A stretch of DNA of 64,000 nucleotides from Laetmonice hystrix. Lineage: Eukaryota. The DNA lies in the NCBI GenBank assembly GCA_965235115.1, contig OZ249438.1:30256001-30320000 (forward strand), read 5' to 3'. Both the position numbers and the translations under genes were made by a program. Each line of letters begins with the position of its first letter. The stretch's first letter is position 1. Below, one piece after another: positions 38,306-52,200 of this stretch. The notes under the pieces were generated by a model. The model did no database searches, had not been told where the DNA came from, and saw only the letters and a program-made list of their open reading frames with translations.

Positions 38306-40320
38306 AACAAGCTTGTGAAGCTTATAGCCCCCACCACGAACTATGGATTCTTGAAAAAACGATGCACGACTTCAATTGATCTTTGAAGGGCAAAGGAAAT
38401 ATTGTCAAATGAAACTTTGTAAACTTAGTAAAGTTCTATGCAGTTGTACAGCTTGATGGCGTTATCCGGCGTAAAGATGCATGTCTCTGCAATAACTATA
38501 CAGTTATGTACAGTTTGATAGTGTTATCCGACATGAAGTGTTTTGTAGATATGCTTGACCTCGATTGACCTTTAGAGGTCAGTTATGTACAGTTTGATAG
38601 CGTTGTCTGGCGTGAACCAACTGAGTAGGGACAAATTATCTGTGGGTCCGGGGACTATACGTACTTTTCGCACGCTTGTTGCCCCTCATGCATTCTGTCA
38701 GCAAGAACGAAATCCAGAAAATGGCAGAGTTATTGCTTCGAACTTCTTTAAATCCAAGATGGCCACCAAGCCATATATTTGGCCTGTGTCCTCCTTAGAC
38801 TGTCCCTGGTTATTATGTAATGTTTCATGCAAGATTAGATGTTGTTATTTTCAACTGGTTTGGAGGTACAGGCCATTAAAATATGCATGACCTTGATTGA
38901 CCTTTCAAGGTCGCTCAAGGTCATGGAAAATGACGCCAAATGAAACTTCATATATGACTTCCTATCTATCAATAATAATAACTGTTGCCTTATCTTGCAC
39001 CGTTTTCGAGATATGAGCCAAAACAGTGTTATGGGGGGGGGAGTAAAATATTAATATGGCCGCCATGTCGCCATATTTGCTCTGATCTGGCAATACATTG
39101 GCATATACATTGCCCCTCATATACACCTTCTTTCCACCAAATTTGAAAGAAATCGGGATCGTTTTGTCCGAGTTATTGCTCCAAATGTGTTTACATCCAA
39201 GATGGCCACCACGTGGCCATTTTGACCTGTCTCATCCGTGGACTGTCCCGGATCATGATGTAATGTTTTATGCAAGATTATGTCGTTATCTTTAACTGTT
39301 TTGAAGATCCAGGCTATTGCAAATATGCATGACCTTGATTGACCTTTCAAGGTCGCTCAAGGTCATCGAAAATGGCGTCAAATGAAACGTCATATATGAC
39401 TTCCTATCTGTCAATAATAATAACTATTGCCTTATCTTGCACCGTTTTCGAGATATGAGCCAAAACAGTGTTATGGGGGGGGGTAAAATATTAATATGGC
39501 CGCCATGTCGCCATATTTGCTCTGATCTGGCAATACATTGGCATATACATTGCCCCTCATATACACCTTCTGTCCGCCAAATTTGAAAGAAATCGGGATC
39601 GTTTTGTGTGAGTTATTACTCCAAATGTGTTTACATCCAAGATGGCCACAACGCGGCCATTTTGACTGATGTCAAAAATATCTTTGACCTGCCTCATCCG
39701 TGGACTGTCACGGATCATTATGTAATGTTTCTTGCAAGATTATGTCGTTATCTTTAACTGTTTTGAAGATCCAGGCTATTGAAAATATGCATGACCTTGA
39801 TTGACCTTTCAAGGTCGCTCAAGGTCATCGAAAATGGCGCCAAATGAAACGTCCTATATGACTTCCTATCTATCAATAATAGTAACTATTGCGTCATCTT
39901 GCACCGTTTTCGAGATATAAGCCAAAACAGTGTCATTGTCGGGGTCAAGAAACAAATATGGCCGCCATCTCGCCATTTTGGATCTGAATTGAAATTTTAT
40001 TGTGATGAATATTGGCCCTCATTATGCCTCATCTCTGCACCATGTTTGAAAGAAATCGTGATTGTTTTGGCTGAGTTATTGCTCAAAATGTGTTTTCATC
40101 CAAAATGGCCGCCAAGCGGCCATTTTGAATGATATCAAAAATCTGTTTGACGTGCATCATCCTCAGTTCATCCCTGATCCTTGTGTGAAGTTTCAAAGAA
40201 ATCGACCCATACACTTCTGAGAAATCGCTGTCTACGGACATACGGACGGACGGACGGACGGCCGTACGGACGGACGGACGGAGGTCGAATGATAAGCCCC
40301 CCGTTGTGGGGGCTAATAAA
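38306..40320 (+). mobile_element. Helentron-derived non-autonomous element (HINE-like) with internal ~440-bp tandem repeats
   Basis: 5' AACAAG start. 5' subterminal TAGCCCCCACCACG pairs with 3' CGTTGTGGGGGCTA (14 bp, 1 mismatch). Repeat units start at 38754, 39197, 39637 and 40100 (partial). (ACGG)n at 40233-40282 and a 3' hairpin AGCCCCC-cgttgt-GGGGGCT. Confidence 0.8.
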
Positions 40321-43300
40321 TTAGCAGTGTCACAAAGAGTTGCTTTATTTTCCACAATATTTGACTTCAAAGGTTCTGGCGATGGCCACTGCATCTCATG
40401 CAGCCTGGAAGACCATCTTAAACCATTTTTATGACTTTAATTCTCTGTGAAAGAACGTTTCAGATGATGAAAGCTAAGGCATAACAGCCAGGGCTGACAC
40501 CATCATAGCAGTGTTCATTAGGAAATGAGATTAAATCTAGTCAACACCTCGAAAAGTCTACAAGTTCTTTTTAGCTGTTTAATAAATTTAAGCCATGCAA
40601 TGTAATACCAGATGAAAGCCTCAACAATGTTCTTAGTTGACGCAAGACTATTATTGGCCTTTCTTTTCCTTGAAACTATCCTTTAGTGGCAGTTCAAAGA
40701 AATCTTATCCATGTACATAATATTACCAAATGTACGTTTTGAGTCTGCTACTTTTGTAGATCTAAAGGTAAAGCTGGGCCATCGTCTCTCTTCATCCGGC
40801 CAGATCGCCATCAATCTGGCCTCCATCTGTTTTCATTACTTGACACGATCCCACACCTGACGCAGAGTGATCCTCCCCTAGTCACCCCATCCCAAGCCCT
40901 CACATAAAGCAATATTAAGGTGCCAAGTCAAGTAATGACGCGTATACAGCCTAGCACTACCTGTGCTATTTATAGATATTTCCTGGCCCTTGGTGACCGT
41001 AAACTGTGATCATGCCAGATTGGACCGATGGTATGTACTCAGCAGTCCTATCTAAAGTCGACAGGTTAGCCATCTATTAACCCCTCAACTAGTTACCTAG
41101 AAAACTGACTCATCCCGACCAACTTTGAAAGTCAAAGTCACGGCGATGAGAAGCCATTTTACTTTGGGAATTTAGAAGTCTTGCAATAGGAGGGATTTTG
41201 GTTTTCTTTAAAGTACACACAAGGAGGAGTCCTACTTCGAATCTTAGCTATACATCAGGACTTCAATACTCGTAGCTTAAAACTGCGGCCGTGATTCAAC
41301 CAAGTGGAGTTCAAGTCTGTGACTTCCACAGGTCTGGATTCAAAAACCTTTTACTACAACTGCCCTCATGCGCTTCCCCACAATATTGTTCATGGTAAGA
41401 ACAACTGCTAGGCCCCTCATGTGGTGTTTCTACTTATTCTGATTGTCGAGAATCGTATTCTACCGCTTCACGCCTACAAATATACGGTGTAGTTTACTTA
41501 TTATTAAATCAGGCACCTTTTCGTTTATGTTAAAAAGATTTGTCCCGATATATTACAGATAGGTCACGTCCTGCTAATTGAGTTTCTGCACCACAGGTGC
41601 ATTAGTTGAAGAAATTATCAGATAGGTGTATTTCTGAAAGAGGGATGGCTCAAGAACTACGGCCTAAATTCTTCCCCATGGTAGTACAGGTTTTAGTCTC
41701 ATGGTACTGCTACAGCGGGGCTGTTCCTCATCTAACGTCCGTTATTTTATCTTCTTTTTTTCTAATCCATTTTTTATTGCTCATTAAACAAAATCAAAGT
41801 CACACTCTCACAATAATAATGTGTAATAGGACCCACCATTAATTCATCATCGTAATGCAATTGATGATAAAAACTCGAAGGCATTTCATCATCCACCATG
41901 GTGGCATCTCATTATCAACGTCGGTTATTTTTAAATGATAATGTGGCAAGACTTCTAGATGTTCCAGTATATCCATCTACAAAATCACTTGGTGGCAAAC
42001 ATTTTCCGGACAGCTTTGGTAATTAAACCTGTATGAATAAAATCAGTAAATCAATTCTGGGCGAGTTTCTACAGTTAAGGTCGTGAAAGGAATGTCTGGG
42101 GTCCTGTTTACAGGGCGTTCAACTGGTCAACTACCACCGTACTCTGCCTAACTTGACTTCCACTTCCTTCATTAAAGTATATCAACTTTGAATATATATA
42201 TAAACCACAACGAGCATACAGTCTGCATGTCAGTCAAACAACGTGAAAACTGCTGTTACTTTATATTTAATCTACCATACAAAATTGTACTTTTTATAAT
42301 AGAAAGTACCAACTTAAAACTTAAACTTGCAATTGATCCTAGTTAAATGTGAAATTTACCCCCCCCCCCCCCCCCCCAAAAAAAAAATAAAAAAATAAAA
42401 CCACGTTCTCAAAACCTAATAGGTCTTTGTTTAGACGGGTTTTACCAGGCAATAACGTATCAGAAATATCACACACAGGTACACGTTCATGTCTGCAAGT
42501 ATTCTGGTGACTATGAACTATACTCATATACTGAAGTCAGAATATTTAAGATAAACTTGATGAATTCTTAATCAATTTCAACTGAAGGAACAATGGACCT
42601 ACACTGTGTTCATTTACTGCCAATAGTATGACATGAACAGGGTAATTTTGCCTTAAATTGTACGATTCTGCCCGAGCGGAAAGTCTATCAAGACCGTTTA
42701 TCTTCGTTAGCTCTGGCTGTAATTTGCTGTGCCATGTCACATCAGTTTTATGCCCACCACGCTCTGTACCGTTTTCTCCGTGCTACTACCGCCATCTAGG
42801 TGTCACCAACAAAACCTTCAATCAGGCCATGCCGCCAATGTTCCATAAACCCCGCAGAAGCTACCGTAACAAGATTATTTATTCATCTAATAAGACGCAA
42901 ACGCAACCTGCTCGGCTCCATCTCGGTACGTGACATGGCGACACCTCCACTTCATGCCTGTTCCACAAGCCCATTTCTGTCGCACAATTAAAACCTAATT
43001 TGCGCTTCCATCAAAACTGTGGCGTCCGCCATTCGGCACTTTTCCCCTGGCTCATAGCATCTCCTCTCTATTGCAAATTCTCCGCCACTTCCTCATTCAC
43101 GCTTAATTCTACCCATCTAAAATCAATCTTCAGTGGAGAATTTTTTGGGTAATTAAATTCCCATCATCATTTTTCTCATGAATCTTCCGTCAAAGTGTGT
43201 TAATTAGGTGTCCCTATCTTCGTGTAATTTAGAGGGATTACTGAGTGAAGCACATCTGACATTTTCAATCGCACTGACATCTCTTGCTATCATGTCCATT

Positions 43301-45393
43301 TATCATAATCCCTTCTCCCTCTCCGTTTTTTTACTTATAAGCTAAAATTCCTGGAAAGGCTGTGTAATACTTCATTGTCAGACAAACAGCAATCTATGTA
43401 CTTCAGTTGCTGTTCAATTCCCTATAGATCGTCTTTCCCTGGTGGCATTAATCTCTAAGTGGGCCACAAAATTGAACTGCCTCCGGTATCGTACAGCTAC
43501 TACTAACCTTAATTCTTAAGATGACGAAATTTCAAAATCTACCAGAAATATCAAGTCCTTCGTGTATTTAGAGTTTTTACACAACATTCTCAGCTAGTTT
43601 CCTTTAGGAACTTGTTGGTATTTTTTCACTTACTCTTTTTACAACACATGATGGGAACTGTTATCTTAACTTAACCATAGGATTCTTGTGAGAGGGTAAG
43701 AAAAAAAACAATTTAGAGAATAGAAATTTTACCTTAATCTCGGCAATTCTGCATACTTTCCAGTAAGACAAACTTCAATGGGATATTGGTTAACTTAGAC
43801 GTGCAACTTAGACTGGAATCCAGATCAATCTTATCTGCCGCGGACTTCATTAGTGACTTAAGGTCGCTGAGCCAAGTAAGTAAAAAAGACGAGGTAGAAT
43901 GTTGCAACCCCTTAAAAGCAGTAGACAAAGAATAGTGTCATTTAATGTCGAATACCAGTGGTAGAAACATGGCTGGTGCAAGGAAGTAATCCATCATACT
44001 AGACATGATACTGAGGTTTCACTCCGGGAGAGGCCACGCACGGTGTCACTTTATCGCAATCTCCCAATTTTCATGTCACAAGGTGAGTTGCTGATATCTG
44101 GAGATCTCTACCAAGTGCTTCATATTAGGCCAAACACCAAATAACCTCTGAGATCTGTGACCTTTGCGGAGCCCTCGCCGAATGCGATAATATTCAAAAG
44201 GGGGAACATGCCAAAAACATTGGCTCCCCTGAAACGGAATTACCAGTCATTGAAATGAATGCTCCCTGGCGGAGGATGGCGTCGCTGCCAGGCACACAAA
44301 TGCTGGCAAAAGGCATTCCACAAACATAATTAGATTGAAGCTGATTTGACAAGTTTGGCAATCCATGCATGTTAATAGTGGAGCGCGCTCCCTCCCAGGG
44401 TCGACGAGTGACCGCCCGGACCCGGAGTGGGTGCGGAGGCGGCCAGGCAGGCCCACCGCCACAACCATTCATCATTTTCATCTCTGATGGGAGCGGACGT
44501 TAAGAACTTATCATTAAGTCCCTAAAAAGGATGTGGGGTTTTTAACTCTGAAAAACACACGTGAAATGTGCAGCCTGTCTCCTGCAGTGTCCTGCCAATT
44601 TCACAGTTATTCTGGCTCTGATAATAGGTTGATCCATTCGTTGTAACGACAACAACCCTCGTTTCTTTGCACCTTCAAGCTTCACTAAATACACGATGTT
44701 AGAATGCAATCTAGTGGATAGGAATCATCACAGTAGTTAAAGGACCATACTATTGACTGAGCACGCTCAATAAATGTCTTTGTATTTCTTTTTGCCACTG
44801 TCCTTGACTTTGCAGAACTAAATCTGTGCAATTCTACGTACTTTTCAGTAAGGAACATTAGAATAATTTCTCAATGATCCGTTTCCAAGTATATTTTTAA
44901 AACTTGGCCTGGAAATTTTCAAGGACTTTTCAAGGACTCAAGACCCGATTTTCAAGGACCTTTCTATTATGGCAACATTTTTCAGACCATATGTATCATA
45001 GCAATGTGGCTTACTGGAGCTGAATCATTGCTAAATGAGTATTATAAAGATTAAGAAAAATATGAATTTTTTTTAAACAAATTTATTTACCGAGTATCGG
45101 TAACCCTCGTAGCCCGCCTATATGTACTTTTACCCTTGGACCTCTAGTTTCTGATCTCACTTGTTACATGGATATCTGTAACTCAATGTATGGACCAGTG
45201 GTCTCGCTCGAAGTATATCCCATCGTGGGGGTACCTGCCGGTTTGTGCTAGGTAGGTTATCGTGACGCGCAAAGCGCGTCATGGCCCTGGGTGCGGAAAG
45301 GGTGCGGGATGCGTTTCCCCTTCTGCTGGGGGTTGGGGGGTTGGGGGTCTCCCCCAGAAAATGTTTGAAAAAGGGGTGTAATTTGGTGCAATC

Positions 45394-46223
45394 TGGTGAA
45401 CATACTGAGGCTCTACCCCCCTCCCCCAACAACTGGTCTTCATCACACCTAACAACACAACCCTTCTCCGTATTCCAGTGTATACTATAGCTTAAAGGCA
45501 GGGGCAACACCCACGGCAAATAAGGTTTCGTAGACCAAATGAAACACCAGCATTTACCTCAGGGCAATAAATGCCACAATTGCGTTGTCTTAATGAAGTA
45601 ATTAACGTGTAACCGCCCGATATGTGACGCCGCTGGTTCTTACCTTGACCTTCTTGTGTGTTCATCGGAGCCGAATGCTGCACACCGCGGCGTATTGCGT
45701 AACATTACGTGTTACTCTGCTCACAGACCTTGTCTACACGATGTTTGGAGTGCCAACGTTTGTAAACGTCCGAGGTAATGAACACAAAAGCAGAACCAGC
45801 GGCGTCACACATTGGGCGTTTACACGTTAATTACTTCATTTAGACAAGGTAATTGTGGCATTTATTGCCCTGAGGTAAATGCTGGTGTTTCATTCAGTCT
45901 ACGAAACCTTATTTGCCGTGGGTGTTTTCCATCCCTTTAAAGCAAGCTCGAACAGCCTGGAATTGGTGAACATACTGAGGCTCTACCCCCCCCCCCTCCC
46001 CCCACAACTGGTCTTATTCACACCTAACAACACAACCCTTCTCCGTATTATAGTGTATACTATAGCTTAAAGCAAGCTCGAACAGCCCGGAATTGGTGAA
46101 CATACTGAGGCTCTACCCCCCCCCCCCCCCCCCCACAACTGGTCTTATTCACACCTAACAACACAACCCTTCTCCGTATTATAGTGTATACTATAGCTTA
46201 AAGCAAGCTCGAACAGCCTGGAA
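45394..46223. repeat. ~130-bp tandem repeat (partial copy, two full copies at 45941-46070 and 46071-46201, partial copy), interrupted by a MITE
   Basis: The unit AGCAAGCTCGAACAGCC.GGAATTGGTGAACATACTGAGGCTCTA(C)n...GTGTATACTATAGCTTAA recurs. Unit length varies only in the poly-C run. Confidence 0.93.
45496..45936. mobile_element. Kolobok-like MITE with ~160-bp TIRs and a TTAA TSD (441 bp)
   Basis: TTAA|AGG...CCT|TTAA. The arms 45496-45665 and 45778-45936 are near-identical inverted repeats (AACACCCACGGCAAATAAGGTTTCGTAGAC...CATTTACCTCAGGGCAATAAATGCCACAATT...). Confidence 0.88.
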
Positions 46224-49200
46224 CTGCTCCTCGAAACACCCGTCTTGAACCAACTGCCCACAAAAATTGACAACAGAGGCGTACGGGATTCAATTACTTT
46301 TAAGACAGAGAACCTTCACTTCTGTTTCCCAGAGAAAGTATTAATTCTGTGCTTAATATGCTGGTCCGCAACACGCTTACTTTGATCTTTTAATATTAAT
46401 CACTTCTTGAAAAAAAAATCAATGAGAAATTACTGACCGACTTCTTCAAATCAGTCGGTACTTTAATGGCATAAGCACATGCATTAAGCAGGATCTGGGT
46501 CTTTTATGTTATAGCTGCTTCGCATGGGAATAGCCTGGACCCAGAAATCTTTTACAAACCCTAGCCTTGACATACTGAACACAAACCTGAAACTAATTAC
46601 CTTCCGGCTTTGTTGACAACTGTCTCTTGACTAAAAGCTCGGTCTACGAATCAGAAGTTGGGAGTTTTTACCTGAAACGTGTTGTTGGTATATTTGTACC
46701 CTAAGGCCATAATTCTTCGATTTCAATATTTCTCCCACCTACATCTTCTCAACAAGTACATAATACATTTGATCGATCTTATCTCGTGGAAGACAGAACA
46801 TTAGCCCTGGTCAACAATCCATATTGAAAAAAAACGCCCCTCTAAAAAAAATCACAGTGTCAAGTTTCTCTGTGGCATGTAAATTATACGGGATATCGAC
46901 CAAATCTTAATCCTATTATTCTCAGATGCCAGGATACTTGAGCACCCACAATGATGTTGTGAACTTCTGACAAAGCCCCAGCATAAAAAGGCACGGGCTC
47001 ATAAGGCAAGGACAGGCATCTACTGGAAAGGTTAGATCTCTAGGGACCAGAGTATGCTGGACTGGGACTGTACCGAGATTACCTACAGTGAAAGTCTATC
47101 CGGGTTTTTTGGTACTTTTTGAACAAGAGTTCATTGGCATTGATAGGGTGACCAGAAAGTTTTAGGAACCTGAGCCGGAGATTCAGTCTAGTGTAGCGGG
47201 CCACTGACACCATCGATATCCTATAGCGTTATGGATTAGACTACCAACTCCGACAAAGACACAACTCTGAAAACTAAATATAACTGGAATCAATTGGATC
47301 ACCAGCCAAGCCTAGTCTGGTGCCTAACACACTAATGGCATTTTGATCGATCGCCGTGTGATCCCCCAACAGAGGGTATGACTTTTAATGGTGGAGTTTT
47401 CTAAAGGTACCGAGCAGTCTGATTATTGATGGGGCGGTCTAGCCTCGGGAAGGAACAGCGTGACGGCGATATTAAAAGGACATTAGTGCTTGTTAGCTGA
47501 TGCAGAGAGTGCCAGAAACACCGCACTATGGTAATTAGTTTCACGTCCATCACCTTTGACTAAGTGGTCCCGTAACACTTAAACATGCAATGCCTGTTCT
47601 CCGCAATACATCAGCCTTCCTCGGGTGAACAGCACCAAACTGTTCCAAAACAACCCTGGGGTCTTTTTTCCCCTTTCTCAACATTTCCACTCCTTCCAAA
47701 GTTGGATTGAATTGCGAGACTTCCACTGTGATCAGCATAAAGTTTTCCACCCCAGAGTCTGCACGACCATCCTTGGTAATTCCGAGTGCAGCGGGATGTG
47801 TTGATGAATCTCTTGGATGCAAGAGACCAATAATCTTCGTGAAACGTCGCGTTTCGCCTCAGTGAACTCATGTCTTATTGAAAACTTACGCCGGTTGAGG
47901 CTGGAGCCGGGCAGCCGCCCGCTCAGACTGATGGCCCCCATTGTATCCCCTGAGGTCCCTCGCCGCGCCCAATGCATCACCTCACAGTTTATCTAATTGT
48001 TGACGCCGCTATATAATGATCCAGTGGAGGTGGCTGGAGAAATCGACAGGTCTTAATACCCCTCGCCCACGGCACCCGCCCCCTCTAATAGGACAAATCT
48101 CAACGGCTGGCATTACACTAAAAACGCCATTACCGGTATTTCTTGTGCTGAATACCGACCGAAAAGTTATAAGGGCCTCTATATTTCACTGAATAGCCGA
48201 GTAATCACTTTGCATGAATAAAGAAATTCGCCCTTTGATGTGCAAAATATACATCGTAAGGGCAGATTATGATCAGTACAATGGAGACAGGAAAAGCTTA
48301 CAGAATTCAGAGGAACTTCCCCAATCTTAACAACAGACATCGGGATAACCATCTATAGGTTTCCTATAGGTCTGTTCATGGCAAATAAAATGGATTCAAG
48401 GAACTATACCTTTTGCTACAAGCATCATTTTCTTAAAGATATTCCTATAACTCCTACTGGAACAAATATCACGCTCATCAAATTCTCCTTTTTCCATTTA
48501 ACAGCAGCCTTTTTCAGAGTGTTTGTTCTGCACTTGAATGCTGGCCTGAACAGAGACAGTGACTCGAAGCTTGGGAATAGTGTATGACACGGCAGACACT
48601 TAGTTAAATAAAGCAGAGAGCCAATCATTCCAAGGTTTGTATTATGATACCAAAGCGTCCGTACCCCGTGGGGCCGACTTCCGAAATTTGCCAGTACATA
48701 TGTGGCTTGGCGCTGTTAAACAACAGACATGGTCACGCTGCCCTATCTCCAAATACCACTACACTGGTGTCTTTCACCCCTCTCAGAATTCTCCCTCGAG
48801 TCCCAACGAAAGGCGATAGTAATTTGATGCATTGAGTCCAAACACTTTGCAGACCCCTGCCCTACCCCTAGGGAAAAGAACGCGATTGAGTCATGCAAAG
48901 TAACTGGATTTTGTTGTAAGTCTTGTAAGAAAGTTCCCAAAAGATATGATTCAAAATTCTGTTTCATTCATTCACCGTGGAATAAAAGGAAAGCATGAGG
49001 TGAGTTGGCAACTATTCAGTGACGACCGTCACTTCCACCTGTATCACTTCAAACTTTGAGAAGATTGCCAATCTACACCAAGTGTCTGCTCTACCAATAA
49101 TTTCCTATCTTCTCTAGCCAAGAATCGATTCCCTAGCAAAAAATCTTTTCATCAAGATGCCTTTTCGTTGTGTCATATTGTGTTCTTTGGAACCGTCCAT

Positions 49201-52200
49201 TCTTTGAACGTGCAAAGCTCTGGATTTCACTGCAGTCTCAGTGCAAGGCAATTTTCACAACTTTTCTAAAGGCACTCTATCTACGGGTGGTGATCTTTGG
49301 CGGCAGACACAATAGCATGACAGCGCCGGTATTGACGCGTGTGGCGGTGCCCAGACGCGGCAAATTTCATGAACCCTCCAGCAAACATGATGGATGGGAC
49401 CAGAACGGAGGTGTTGCCGTGCCTCCCCTCCCCCAATTGACCAAAACGTGGCGTGAAACTCCAGCTGCACAACACTCTCTCTAAACTCTGGATTGTGTAA
49501 CGTCGACAAAGGGTCCCGACGTGGGAAAGCTTTGGAGCACAAACCCAGCTAGATCTTCACGAGTCATGGCGCGCGTGATGGATGACAGGCAAATGGATCA
49601 ATTTCCCCTGCCATGGCTCATTTCGTACGAGTCCCCGGGCAGGTACAAAATCAGGAAGGAAAACTTCCTCAGCACTTGCTCAGTCTTCATGCTGTTCATG
49701 GCATAAGGTTTTATGAGAATTGGTTAAATTCTAAAGTGAATTCTAACTGAAAGTCAAAACATGAGAAAATCAATTTCTTTCTACTTTACGGCCTTACTCT
49801 TTTTTTCTTTTCTTACTACAACCAAAAACGTCAGAATTTTTTCTGACTGCCATGAGATATTTCTCAACATTATATAATGACTGCGGTGGTGCATCTAAGT
49901 ATTCTTAACTTATTTAATAAATGGGGAAGGGTCTATCCCGATAAGGCTTTACCCTAAAACTAGATTATGTCCTTTTTGCCAATCTTCAGAAAAGAACCCG
50001 ACATGTTTATACCGGTCTCTTAGTGAAATCAAGTCCCTTTTATCTGTCAAATAATACTAAAAGATTCTCCTACAGATTTGCCTAATCAGCTGGTACACTT
50101 CGGCATCCGTGCAAGATCACTTTAATTTCCTTCCCAGAGACAAGGCTTGACCGCCATGGCACGTCATCTGACTGGTTGCCACGGCGGTCATGTATGGCTG
50201 CCGTCACGCATGCGATGGATGACAATGATGAATTAGCATCTTACACCAATGGTGCTTGAGGAAATGGAAGGGTGAAACACAAATTACCACATGATATTTG
50301 CATTATGACTGATAATTATGACATTAACTTTGTGGGATGGACACTAAGGATGGGTCATCTTGGATTGTGTACTTTCCTGGACTCGCTCGGTTTTCAAACC
50401 TTCCTCGGGAAACCTGGATCAGTGAATTGTGAAAACTACATTGTCTCATAGGATATGTCCAAAAACCCGTCTCTTACCATCCCGATGAATACGAATGCCT
50501 ACAGGTGCAGGAATGTATGCCTGCGCATGCACTTCTAACAAAATACCGGTAGATATATAACAGAAATCAATAAACCTGGGTATCTTCCACTACGTTCGGT
50601 AAATATACATACATGTCACATATTTTAATGTCTTGGGTTTATTAGGCGTATAGTCAGGTTTTCAAGGTACTATATACTCGTCGCTTTCTGTAAGTATATC
50701 ATATGTTTACGTTATATTTAACATACGTACACACATTGGACTTAATTACACCTCACAGTTCGTGTTCCTCCAAATGTAATCTGAAGAGTCACATTAAATA
50801 ATATTGTGTTTCACTGTACAGACTCACTCATTTCCTCGTAATAACATAAAAGATTCCTCCAATTATCTCTTAAATGTATTCTGACTAATTACAGCAGGCA
50901 AATCCCTACGCTAATCTGATCCTTGACACGCAGCTCTATGTGCAATAGATGCCAAGTCGGAAATATCTTAGGGGGATGGACCGCCCAACCCCTACCCACA
51001 CATACATAAAAGACTGACAAACACCACTTAGACAGTGACCATTAATTGTTGTCCAATCCATCATTCTAGTTTTGGATCAAGGGTAATATATTAGGGCCCT
51101 GCTTTTGGGACGTCGAAACGCGCCCGCTTGAGTACCGCTCCAACTAGAGTGACAGTAATACACTACTCCTGCAACCCCGGAGGCTATCAATTCAGATCCA
51201 AGTCAATACTTCTCTCTAGAGTAAAAAACGCAGCAGATCTGCAGTGGCTCACAGTGTAGCGGGAAGCTCTTTGAAACGGTAACTTTCCGACCGATCCTCA
51301 GGAAAAATGCCTTAGAACGGTTGTGTGAGGACCCTAGAGTTATACAATGCAGGAAGCTGAGGAGAAAGTTGCATGCCTCGGTATATGGAAGCGGTTCATG
51401 TAATGCTTGCTTTTAGTCCCCCGTCTTGGTTATAGTGTTAACCAAAGCCCCAGTAGTATAGCAGAGTGTCGTGTTATGCAGGCGACGGGGGCCACAGGGA
51501 CAAACGCAGAGATGGGGTGGGTTGGGAGACCTTTAAGGGGGAGACGCCGTTTGGCCAACTTTAATTCGTTCGTGTCAGCTTACTTGTTCGTCTCTGTGTT
51601 TATCTTGGGGCTTGGCCTGCCATGCAGACTCGAGGGAAGGATAGATTAGGTTTGCTTGTTACCTTGCTCTGACAATATACTTTAGTTAATGCGCTCTGTA
51701 CGGCTTTCCTTCGGGAAGAAAGGTCTCATACTTATACAATACTGTCTTTATCTTATCTAGACATGAAATCACTCTTTCCATTCTAGATAATCATAATCAG
51801 TGGCTTCTCCTGCTCTTTATATTGTCGGTGCCCCTGCACCTTCACCTCTTCGCTCCTCTCTAGCTATGCTGTTGATTTTAACCCCAGATCCAGATACACA
51901 TGTGGGATAAGTAACGATATCTGCGTTAAACGGGTAGAGTAACATCAAAACTCTTCCCCGTCCGTCCGTCAGTCACTGAAGAACAGATATGCTGGCCACT
52001 GTCCTTGCAAGCGGACACACATGTGCTTAAAATTCTCATGGTCACATATGTACGCTTACAGCCAAAATGATCAAACTGAGTGCGTTGCTGCAAGAGAAGT
52101 AAAATTTATATCCATTATTAATGGAAGAGGCCAATAAACTGCCCACAACCCAAACTCCCCTGGGGACTAATGGGCAGTTGAGTACATTTTAGAATAATTA

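Noticed and set aside
43764-44082. Plus-strand coding exon pair (43764-43875 and a segment ending at the 44082 donor)
   Set aside because: Frames join only through a weak acceptor and the peptide is unrecognisable.
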